Of a stretch of DNA of 64,000 nucleotides, positions 50,281 to 58,775 are shown piece after piece; the stretch's first letter is position 1, and every line of letters starts with the position of its first letter. Position numbers and translations under genes: made by a program. The stretch is from Nitrospirota bacterium (GTDB taxonomy: Bacteria > Nitrospirota > UBA9217). Location: positions 13,261-77,260 of the forward strand of contig JAYTJE010000028.1 in NCBI GenBank assembly GCA_043731355.1. The letters are read 5' to 3'. The notes beneath the pieces are model-generated. The model did no database searches and was not told where the DNA came from. It saw nothing but the letters and a program-made list of their open reading frames with translations.

Positions 50281-52494
50281 ATGAAGAAATCGAATTACAT
50301 ACTGATTTCACTCTTACTACTCATTGGCATATTCTGTGCCGCGAGCGTGTCTTATGCGCTTGATGCGCCGCATACTCCTGTCGGCGTCGCCGGTTACGAC
50401 GTCAACTGTGCCTATTGTCACTACCCATTGACTGCCGCCACTCCAGCGTGGGCCACGGCTGCTCCTCCCGCGGGGAGCACTAAGCTGAACCAGCTTTGTC
50501 TGACTTGTCATAATCCCAGTAATGGCATACCGGTCGCGAAGTTTGCGGATGTACAAACCCATTCCAGCTACGTGACCAATCCCACGGATACTTTACGCAT
50601 CGGCGTCTATCTCATGGAATGCCGCACCTGTCACAACCCGCACCTTCAGAATCAGATGAGGGCGCTTCCCGCGGACGGCAATTTGGATTTCGGCACGACG
50701 ACTAATGTAACCGCTACCTTGCTGTCAGACAGCACCAAGAGCTGGGGTGTTGACCAGTTTAAGGATGCTTTGCTGATACCGAATACCGCTTACATCGCGT
50801 ATACATACCGGATTCTCAGCAATACCAAGGACACCCTGACCATTCTTGGCGCGATGAAAACCATGTCACCCTATACCGGCGTGGGCAAGCCCTATCGTAT
50901 CAAATACGGCAAGTTGATCAAGACGTCAATTCCAACTCCGAACAGCGGCGCAAAGCCCGTCACCTTCCTGACCAATTCCGGAGGTTTGACTTCTTTCGCA
51001 TCAACCACCGCCACGGTCAAAGGTGTTTGTCAGGTCTGCCATACCAAGACCAAATATTTCCTTGGCAGCGGAGCCGTGCTCGACGGCGGCCATCCAGCGA
51101 CCTATGACGCGAACTGCACCGTTTTCTGCCATCAGCACAAATATGGATTCAAGGCGGGCTGCAACGGTTGTCACGGTCAGAGCGGCGCGACCGGGGCCCC
51201 GCTTATCGGCACGGACCTTGTCAGCCCCGCGACCGGTCATACTGTCGGCGCGCATCAGAAGCATGCTGTAACGCTTACCATCGGCTGCGATGTGTGCCAT
51301 AGCGGAAACGGCATGCCGACTACGGATAATATAATAACGGTAGCCTTTAGCGGCATAGGTACCGGTGGGGCCTATCAAGGCAAAACATTGTCTGTTCCCT
51401 ATGTTTACAGCGCGGGTGTCCCGACCGGCGCAACCGAGAGCTGCTCCACCGTATATTGTCACAGCTCGGGCCAGAGTGCTGACGGCGCATCGGCAACTCC
51501 TGTCTATACAACACCGGACTGGGAAGCCCCGGCCAGCGGCGCTTGCGGCACCTGCCATGCGACAACGGCGCCGGATATTTCAACAGGCAGTCATACGACG
51601 CACCTGACGACCGATACCAACTGCGGTAACTGCCATACCGGCGCAAGCGCATCAGCATATGTTTCCGCGAGTCATGTTAACAAGTCCATCGACGTAGCGA
51701 ACGCTTATACAGCGGGTGGCGCTCCCGGCAATGGATACGGCACCTGCTCGACAGCTTCCTGCCATGCCAACGTATATGCCGTAGGCACGTCGCCGACCCC
51801 GACCTGGGGCACGACTGGCAACGGCTGCTCGGCCTGCCATACTGCTCCGAATACGATTGCGGCAAGCGGACCGCCGACCGGGAGTCACTCGAAACACTAC
51901 ACTAATAATAATGTGTCCGTGGTGTGTACGGCTTGCCACAACGCAGGCACAACGATGTCAACGAAGCCGACCACGAGTCATACCGATGGTGATATTGACA
52001 TCGTCAACGTCGGATATCCCGCTAACAAAACAAAAGGCAGCGCCTTCTCCACGTGTGCCACTGCTTGTCACGGAGCTACCACCCGAACGTGGGGGCAGAC
52101 ATCAACCGGATGCAACTACTGCCATCCGTACACGGCAAATGACTGGGCGACCAGCAATCCGACCGGTACGGCGCTCGCGGTGGAAGGGTTCGGCGCGCAT
52201 GCCAAACACATCGCCCATCTGGTGTCGCTTGGGGGCGTCCTCACTCCCGCGACAGACTCATTCGGCAGCGGTGCCTCATGGACCAACGTATGCGGCGTAT
52301 GTCACAACGGGGCCTCGCACACGCTGGATGGAACCGTTGGAAGCAGGCAGATATCGGTCCAAGCAGGCTACCAGTTCGGAGCGAGCGCTCCGCTGTACAC
52401 CGGAATTATCGGCAACAGTTCAAGCGTCAACCCGAAGAGCTGCTCGAACGTAAGCTGTCATTTCCAGACCACGCCGGTTTGGTCGACCTACTAA
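50281..52494 (+). CDS. Multihaem c-type cytochrome (~17 haem motifs) with signal anchor
   Basis: 12 CXXCH plus 5 atypical motifs (CTVFCH, CSTVYCH, CSTASCH, CATACH, CSNVSCH) in Geobacter-type paired CX4CH...CXXCH arrangement; AAGGAG RBS; overlaps the upstream gene. Confidence 0.85.
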   Translation: MKKSNYILISLLLLIGIFCAASVSYALDAPHTPVGVAGYDVNCAYCHYPLTAATPAWATAAPPAGSTKLNQLCLTCHNPSNGIPVAKFADVQTHSSYVTNPTDTLRIGVYLMECRTCHNPHLQNQMRALPADGNLDFGTTTNVTATLLSDSTKSWGVDQFKDALLIPNTAYIAYTYRILSNTKDTLTILGAMKTMSPYTGVGKPYRIKYGKLIKTSIPTPNSGAKPVTFLTNSGGLTSFASTTATVKGVCQVCHTKTKYFLGSGAVLDGGHPATYDANCTVFCHQHKYGFKAGCNGCHGQSGATGAPLIGTDLVSPATGHTVGAHQKHAVTLTIGCDVCHSGNGMPTTDNIITVAFSGIGTGGAYQGKTLSVPYVYSAGVPTGATESCSTVYCHSSGQSADGASATPVYTTPDWEAPASGACGTCHATTAPDISTGSHTTHLTTDTNCGNCHTGASASAYVSASHVNKSIDVANAYTAGGAPGNGYGTCSTASCHANVYAVGTSPTPTWGTTGNGCSACHTAPNTIAASGPPTGSHSKHYTNNNVSVVCTACHNAGTTMSTKPTTSHTDGDIDIVNVGYPANKTKGSAFSTCATACHGATTRTWGQTSTGCNYCHPYTANDWATSNPTGTALAVEGFGAHAKHIAHLVSLGGVLTPATDSFGSGASWTNVCGVCHNGASHTLDGTVGSRQISVQAGYQFGASAPLYTGIIGNSSSVNPKSCSNVSCHFQTTPVWSTY

Positions 52495-52505
52495 GGAGGA
52501 TGACA

Positions 52506-55500
52506 ATGACCAGGCTTGGTGATATAATGGCGAAGATTAAAAATTCAAATGGTGAGGTCAGTATGACAATTAAAACGATGAAGACTCCAAAATCCTCTGG
52601 ATGGCTGGCAAAGGTCAGTCGGGTACTGATCTTCACCATGGTGAGTGTTCTCTCATATCAGGTCTACTATGCTTATGCATCCATAGGCAGCGGGCAGATG
52701 GTTTATAACAACAACACAACTACCCCGCAGGCGAGAACTTATACTGTTTCATCAAATACATTTGCAGCAGGTATTGCAACTGCAGCCGGGGGAACGCCCT
52801 CATGGATTAAGGTTGTTGCAGGAACAGTAAGGTACGAATCTGTTGTTGCTTATGTTGACACTGGAAACACCCTTCGAATCCTCTACTGGAACGGCTCAGC
52901 ATGGTCAGCTGCTGCGCCCCATAACTGGACCGCGGCGCTTGGGGCCTCAGGCGCAAGCGGAAGGGGATTTGATATTGCTGTGGAGAAGCTCTCAGGTGAT
53001 ATCATTGTCGCATACACAACAAATGCTGCCGGCACGGAGATAAACTCCTACCGCTGGGATGGCAGCACATGGACAGGCCCAACAGCGTATGATTCTGCCA
53101 GACTTACCGGAACTGTCCGCTTCATCAAGATGGAATCAAAACCTAACTCAGATGATATCGGCCTCATAATGGCTGATACAAACAATGACCTGAGCGCAGC
53201 GATCTGGACCGGAACAACAAATACATTCGGCAATCCTCCTTCTGCTGCCTTAAGCACTTCAGCGTCATTTATCGTTGCCGGTGCAGTTGACGCAGAAAGT
53301 TTCGATCTTGCGTATGAGAGTCAGACCGGAGATCTTCTGGTCGTTTGGGCCAATGATGCTATTGCTACCGGAGTATATTACAATACATTTTCTGGCGGTG
53401 CATGGGGAACAACAGCACAGAATACCAATATTACGGAGGCGATCGAGCATCTTGACTGTGCAGCTGATCCATTGACCAATAATATCCTCTGTGCTTTTGT
53501 TGGAACGGCAACACAGGATATGCGGGTTGGCGTATGGTCCGGTACAGCATGGCAGGGAACTACCACAGACGTGGATACTACAGCAGCGCCCGGAACATTT
53601 GTTGCCGGCAGAAGATACCTTGCAACAGGATGGTTGAATGCCGGCTCCGCGAAACAGGGCATAGTCGTATATAACGACAATAATGCAAATGCAATAAACT
53701 GGGTTACAGTTGCTGCAGATGGCACCTTTGCCGTGCAGACGGATAACACAGCGGCAACACCGATGCCTGTAGGCGGAGTTGCATACCATGACATAATCAT
53801 GGATCCATATAACCCTGACATATTGCTCTATATATTTCAGGATACGACCAACTTTGATATCTTTGCAAAGAGACTTATAATGGATTCTGCCGGTGCATTT
53901 ACATGGAGTGACGCCAACGCAGGCGTTGTAATTGACGCTGCTCCTACTACTGCAGCAAGCGAGGCATTTCATTTTGCCTATGACCTGTATTTGCTCGCAA
54001 TAGACAACGGCACAAACCCGTCAGACCTCTCCGTAGGGGAGAGCTCGACAGATAACGCATTGGACAGTTTTACCATGCAGATGAAGTCAGGGAGCGGCAC
54101 TGTAACAAGCCTGGTGGTGACCGGCAGTACGAATTTTACATCTACGAACATCCCGACTAACGGCGTGAAGGTATGGCGCGACCTCGGAACACTCGGGGTC
54201 TATGACCCTGGAGTTGATGTTCAGATATCGTCAGCTTCCACTGCGATCGCGAGCAACGCAACAACGGTCACCATAAGCAGTGAGGCTGTTACGACAACAC
54301 TTCAGAACTATCTTGTTACCGTAGACATTACAGCCGCACCAACATATGGTCAGACGTTTACCGGAACTGTCACGACCGCAACGGCAAGCGGCATCCCCGT
54401 GTACAACGACACGTCTTCAGCGACCCTGACTGTAACTGAAAGGAACCTGACCGTCAGCAACGGCACAAACCCGGTCAATAAGAACGCTCAGCCAAGCTCG
54501 GTCAACAATGCGCTGGACGGTTTCAGCATGGTTATGCCGCTGGTGACAGGCCCAACAACCACAGTGACGAGCCTGACTGTTACAGGCAGCGCCAACTTTA
54601 CATCTACGAACATCCCGACCAACGGTGTGAAGGTATGGCGTGACACCGGAACAACTGTTGGCTGGTGGGATGCTGGCGATGTGCTGGTATCGAGCGCATC
54701 CACTGCGATCGCGAGCAACGCAACAACGGTCACCATAAACAGTGAGGCGGTCACAACAACTGCCCAGAACTATCTTGTGACAGTTGACATCACTGCCGGT
54801 GCAACTCTTGCTCAGACTTTCACAGGCACAGTGACTGCGGCAGCGGGAACCGGCCTCGGCACGCCGGTCTACGCGGATTCATCGTCAGCGACCCTGACGG
54901 TCAACAAACTGCTTTCGGCAAATGCTTCCTGCGGAAGCTGCCACGCCTATCCGCCCTATGACGGAACAACGCGGGATGGTGTGAGCGGCGCGTTCGTGGG
55001 CGATCATCAGAAGCATAACGTCGTGTGCTTGACCTGCCATGTGGCGCCTGCCACCGAGACGAGCGCAGACTTTAAACATCGCGACGGGAACATCACCATG
55101 CAGGCGGCCATTAAGGGCGGCTCGTACAGCAAAGCGAGCCCTTTTGCCCAAGTGAATAATCCGGTGACCGGCACGTGCTCGAATATATCCTGCCATGGCG
55201 GCAATAATCCAACACCCCAGTGGGGCGTCGGAACGGCAACCTGTATCAGCTGCCATAGCGGAATAGTTACCGCGGCGAACGCGTCAATTGCTTCCGGCGG
55301 CACGGTGACGCAGCGCGACGCGGTGAAGAATGAATTTGGTTTGGCGTGGGGGCATAAGAATTTAAATCGTTTAGCGGTTACCGATGCTGACTGCATTGTC
55401 TGTCACCTGGAAGGCAATTGGACGACGCAAAAAACATCAGCCGTGCATGCCGACGGATATATAAACTTGCGTGCCCCGGATGGAGCCGGTGAAGTAGCTA

Positions 55501-56480
55501 TTACGGATATGAGCGCGGCGACATATAGCTTCGTACAATTTTCAACTACCTATGCCGCCGGTTCAAGAACTCAGACCGGCAACACATCAAACAATGTAGA
55601 CAATGTCCTGACTCAGAAGTTCTGTCTCGCCTGCCATGACAGCAACGGGGCTACCAATACGACGGCGCGCTCTAACAATGGGGGCACAGGCACCGCGACA
55701 ATGCCTTTCGGCGGTGTGGCGTTAGGGCTTACTTACACCGCGGTCAATGACGCAATCGGCACTCAAGGTTTAATCGACGTTAAGTCTCAGGTTGCAACAT
55801 CGAATTCATCGTTCCACCCGGTTGTGGGACCGCTGAACAGGGATTTCCCGGCACAGTCAATGCTGAATGTGCCCTACAATAATAACGGCTCGAGACCTGG
55901 GACGTCGGGAACGAAAACATTCAGCGTAGTTTTGAACTGCTTTGACTGTCATAATCAGCCTTCCGGCAGCGAACTTACTAAAAGAACCGTCATATCGCAC
56001 GGCTCTACAGCCCCGAACCACTTACGCGGCAATATATATAGTTCAACTACTCCGATCTGTACCGTATGCCATTCGGCCACGTACGCAACCGGCACCAGCT
56101 CGCATCCGGCAGGATCGGCTTGGGGTGTTGCGACCTCTCGCGACCATTCGTCATACTTTCCCTTGTGCAATAACTGCCATTTGAGCACAACCTCAACGAC
56201 GGCGCCGACCCGACCGATCCCGGCGCAGGACATACACGGGTTTAACAGGCTGTCAAACGCTGGCAGCACGGATTTACTCTGGCCGGTCGGCGCCACTGAA
56301 TCCTGGAGGCCTTATGGGTTCTTGAGGAATACCGTGCAGTACACCAGTACCGTAGCCGGGCCGAGGCCGTACAGAGGCACGGAGGCCGCGCTTACGACGG
56401 GTACTTCCAACTGCGGTAATGATGCGGTATCTTGCGACGCCACCCTCATGACCGATTACGCGCCTGGCGGCTCGTATTAA
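52506..56480 (+). CDS. Mega-cytochrome (1324 aa): N-terminal TM anchor, beta-propeller-like W-G-x-x-W repeats, two tandem ~120-aa T/S-rich repeats, C-terminal ~9-haem domain
   Basis: AAGGAGG RBS 6 nt before ATG 52506; eight CXXCH plus CSNISCH in the last 450 aa; the ~120-aa unit TVTSLVVTGS.NFTSTNIPTNGVKVWRD...TLTV occurs twice. Confidence 0.8.
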   Translation: MTRLGDIMAKIKNSNGEVSMTIKTMKTPKSSGWLAKVSRVLIFTMVSVLSYQVYYAYASIGSGQMVYNNNTTTPQARTYTVSSNTFAAGIATAAGGTPSWIKVVAGTVRYESVVAYVDTGNTLRILYWNGSAWSAAAPHNWTAALGASGASGRGFDIAVEKLSGDIIVAYTTNAAGTEINSYRWDGSTWTGPTAYDSARLTGTVRFIKMESKPNSDDIGLIMADTNNDLSAAIWTGTTNTFGNPPSAALSTSASFIVAGAVDAESFDLAYESQTGDLLVVWANDAIATGVYYNTFSGGAWGTTAQNTNITEAIEHLDCAADPLTNNILCAFVGTATQDMRVGVWSGTAWQGTTTDVDTTAAPGTFVAGRRYLATGWLNAGSAKQGIVVYNDNNANAINWVTVAADGTFAVQTDNTAATPMPVGGVAYHDIIMDPYNPDILLYIFQDTTNFDIFAKRLIMDSAGAFTWSDANAGVVIDAAPTTAASEAFHFAYDLYLLAIDNGTNPSDLSVGESSTDNALDSFTMQMKSGSGTVTSLVVTGSTNFTSTNIPTNGVKVWRDLGTLGVYDPGVDVQISSASTAIASNATTVTISSEAVTTTLQNYLVTVDITAAPTYGQTFTGTVTTATASGIPVYNDTSSATLTVTERNLTVSNGTNPVNKNAQPSSVNNALDGFSMVMPLVTGPTTTVTSLTVTGSANFTSTNIPTNGVKVWRDTGTTVGWWDAGDVLVSSASTAIASNATTVTINSEAVTTTAQNYLVTVDITAGATLAQTFTGTVTAAAGTGLGTPVYADSSSATLTVNKLLSANASCGSCHAYPPYDGTTRDGVSGAFVGDHQKHNVVCLTCHVAPATETSADFKHRDGNITMQAAIKGGSYSKASPFAQVNNPVTGTCSNISCHGGNNPTPQWGVGTATCISCHSGIVTAANASIASGGTVTQRDAVKNEFGLAWGHKNLNRLAVTDADCIVCHLEGNWTTQKTSAVHADGYINLRAPDGAGEVAITDMSAATYSFVQFSTTYAAGSRTQTGNTSNNVDNVLTQKFCLACHDSNGATNTTARSNNGGTGTATMPFGGVALGLTYTAVNDAIGTQGLIDVKSQVATSNSSFHPVVGPLNRDFPAQSMLNVPYNNNGSRPGTSGTKTFSVVLNCFDCHNQPSGSELTKRTVISHGSTAPNHLRGNIYSSTTPICTVCHSATYATGTSSHPAGSAWGVATSRDHSSYFPLCNNCHLSTTSTTAPTRPIPAQDIHGFNRLSNAGSTDLLWPVGATESWRPYGFLRNTVQYTSTVAGPRPYRGTEAALTTGTSNCGNDAVSCDATLMTDYAPGGSY

Positions 56481-56508
56481 ACGATACCCGCATCACACCT
56501 GTTGAGTT

Positions 56509-56538
56509 AGCCCCGCCCTTTCGGGCGGGGTTTTTGTT
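56509..56538 (+). terminator. Rho-independent terminator after the mega-cytochrome gene
   Basis: GCCCCGCCC-tttc-GGGCGGGG hairpin followed by TTTTTGTTT. Confidence 0.7.
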
Positions 56539-56561
56539 TGGCATTGTAAACAAGGAGTGAA

Positions 56562-58034
56562 ATGAGCATGAAAAGATTTTCTACCGTATTCGTTCTGGCA
56601 ATCCTCTGTCTTATGCCCCTTGTATTTTCCGCGGGGTGCAAAAAGAAGCAGGTAAAGACCCCGGCGATGCCCGCAGCCCCCGCCAGGCACGAGGTTGTAG
56701 CGAAGACAACGCTTCTGGCAACGATCCCGGAACTGGATAAACCAATCCAGTCAGAGGGGTTGCCGCCTCGTCACGCCGGCATCCCCTCCGGTTCGGGAGG
56801 CCCGCCGCCCGGCCATGCCAATATCCCTTCAGGACAAAGCCCTGAGCTCCTGGTTTATTTCAGTAAACTGGGTGGGGGAGCGGCCTATATTTCGGAAAGG
56901 GCCGGCAAAAAGCATGTGGTGTACAACGGCAAACCGGGCAAACCGTACGATGAGATCGACACTCTTACCGTGCTCTTAAGTGAGGACGGTCGGCGAATCG
57001 CCTATGGCGCCAGGACCGGGGCCAAGTGGATGATGGTGATAGACGGCGCGGAAGAAGGTCCGTACGACAGTGTTGGGTCCGCGGCCTTCAGCCCCGACGG
57101 CTTGCATGTCGCCTACCAGGCGCGGCAGGGCGGCAAATGGCACGTTGTATCCGGCACCAAGATGAGTGCGGGATGCGATACGTATCAGAATCAACCGATG
57201 TTCAGCGGCGATTCGACAAGAATATACACGATAGAAAAGACAAAAGTTGAAGGCATGCAGCGGCTGATTGTCAGCGACCTTGCATTCGAGAAGCAGCGTG
57301 TCAAGGTGCTGCGCGGGAAGTATTTATTTACGAACGAAAACAAAACCCGGATAGGCGCGATCGAGGAGGTCAATGGCAGGGAGCGGGTGATCGAATTGGA
57401 TTTCAACACGCTTGACGTCGTCAAACAGGGTGACTTCTATGATTCCATCAGATTTCCCACATTCGGGCCTGACGGCGTTACGGTTTCGTATGCCGCGGCG
57501 CAGCGCCAAAGACCCGGCGTTGTTTTTCGTTTTCTTATATTGGGCGACAGAAAGGAACGTCTTCCGGATGACGCTCCGATGGCGCTTCCCGTGGTCCGCC
57601 CGGACAAGAAAGGCGTCGGCATGATTATGTCGACTAAGACCAGTTACTACCTGCACCAGGCCTTTTATAACGACGGCACGAAGAAGCGGTATTATGATGA
57701 GGCCGGTGACCTGGCCTATAACAAGGACGGAAGTCTTCATGCGTTCGCGGCAAGAAAAGGCAATAAAGTCTTTATCGCGGTGAACGAAAAGGCCGGGCCC
57801 GCATTCGATCATGTGACTATGCCGGTATTCAGTCCCGACGGCAGGAAGGTCGTCTACCGGGCGAGAGAGAAAGAAAAACGGTTCCTTGTTGTTGCCGACG
57901 CCAACGGCAGGGTTTTGCGCAAGCATCCGGCCTATGAGAGGATTTTTGATCCCGTGTTTACCCCTGACGGGAAGTCGGTTGCCTATGGGGTCAAGGACGG
58001 GGACAAGCTTGTCTGGAAGGTGGAGAAGCTGTAG
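56562..58034 (+). CDS. Lipoprotein with PD40/TolB-like beta-propeller repeats
   Basis: Lipobox FSAGC; repeated FSPDG..VAY / SEDGRRIAY units. Confidence 0.6.
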   Translation: MSMKRFSTVFVLAILCLMPLVFSAGCKKKQVKTPAMPAAPARHEVVAKTTLLATIPELDKPIQSEGLPPRHAGIPSGSGGPPPGHANIPSGQSPELLVYFSKLGGGAAYISERAGKKHVVYNGKPGKPYDEIDTLTVLLSEDGRRIAYGARTGAKWMMVIDGAEEGPYDSVGSAAFSPDGLHVAYQARQGGKWHVVSGTKMSAGCDTYQNQPMFSGDSTRIYTIEKTKVEGMQRLIVSDLAFEKQRVKVLRGKYLFTNENKTRIGAIEEVNGRERVIELDFNTLDVVKQGDFYDSIRFPTFGPDGVTVSYAAAQRQRPGVVFRFLILGDRKERLPDDAPMALPVVRPDKKGVGMIMSTKTSYYLHQAFYNDGTKKRYYDEAGDLAYNKDGSLHAFAARKGNKVFIAVNEKAGPAFDHVTMPVFSPDGRKVVYRAREKEKRFLVVADANGRVLRKHPAYERIFDPVFTPDGKSVAYGVKDGDKLVWKVEKL

Positions 58035-58058
58035 AATGCCGAAGGTTTCATCCGCACA

Positions 58059-58775
58059 ATGATCAGCGCCGTTATCCCCGCCTATAACGAGGAGGACACA
58101 CTGGAAGCCGCCGCGCGCGCGCTCGCCGGGGTCCTGTCGCGGCTTTCCCCGCTTGAGTGGGAAATCATTATCGTAAACGATGGAAGCCTGGACCGCTCCG
58201 CCGAGATAGCCGACAGGCTGGCAGATGATGCTCACATTCGCATCGTCCGGCACGAGCGAAACCGGGGCAAGGGCGCGGCCGTGCGGACCGGGGTGCTTCT
58301 TACCCGAGGGGATGTGGTGCTGATTTGCGACGCGGACATGTCCACCCCTCCGGACACGCTGGGGCCGTTTCTCGCGGAACTTTCCCGCGGGGCCGATCTC
58401 GTGACAGGCGACCGCAGGAGCCGTCATTCCCGCATCGAGCGTCCACAATCACTCCTTCGGCGGTTTATGGGCGGCGTATACGCGGCCCTTGCCCGATGGA
58501 TTACCGGAATATCCCTGCGTGATTTCAACTGCGGATTCAAGCTGATCCGAGGTGACGCGGCCCGCTCTCTGCTGCAAAGATGCCGGTCCGACGGATGGAC
58601 CTGGGATGTGGAAGTCATCGCCCTGGCCGCGCGCTCCGGGTTGACCGTACGAGCTCTTCCGGTAACGTGGCGACAGGGGGACCGCACGTCGGTCCGCCCC
58701 TTTTGCGGCGCGGTAAAAAGCCTTGTTGATTTAACAGCTCTCTGGTTTCGTCTGCGCGGGGCAAAAAACCTTTAA
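58059..58775 (+). CDS. GT2 glycosyltransferase, Dpm1-like polyprenyl-phosphate sugar synthase
   Basis: VIPAYNEEDTL...IIIVNDGSLD..., RNRGKGAAVRTG, CDADMS (DxD). Confidence 0.75.
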   Translation: MISAVIPAYNEEDTLEAAARALAGVLSRLSPLEWEIIIVNDGSLDRSAEIADRLADDAHIRIVRHERNRGKGAAVRTGVLLTRGDVVLICDADMSTPPDTLGPFLAELSRGADLVTGDRRSRHSRIERPQSLLRRFMGGVYAALARWITGISLRDFNCGFKLIRGDAARSLLQRCRSDGWTWDVEVIALAARSGLTVRALPVTWRQGDRTSVRPFCGAVKSLVDLTALWFRLRGAKNL

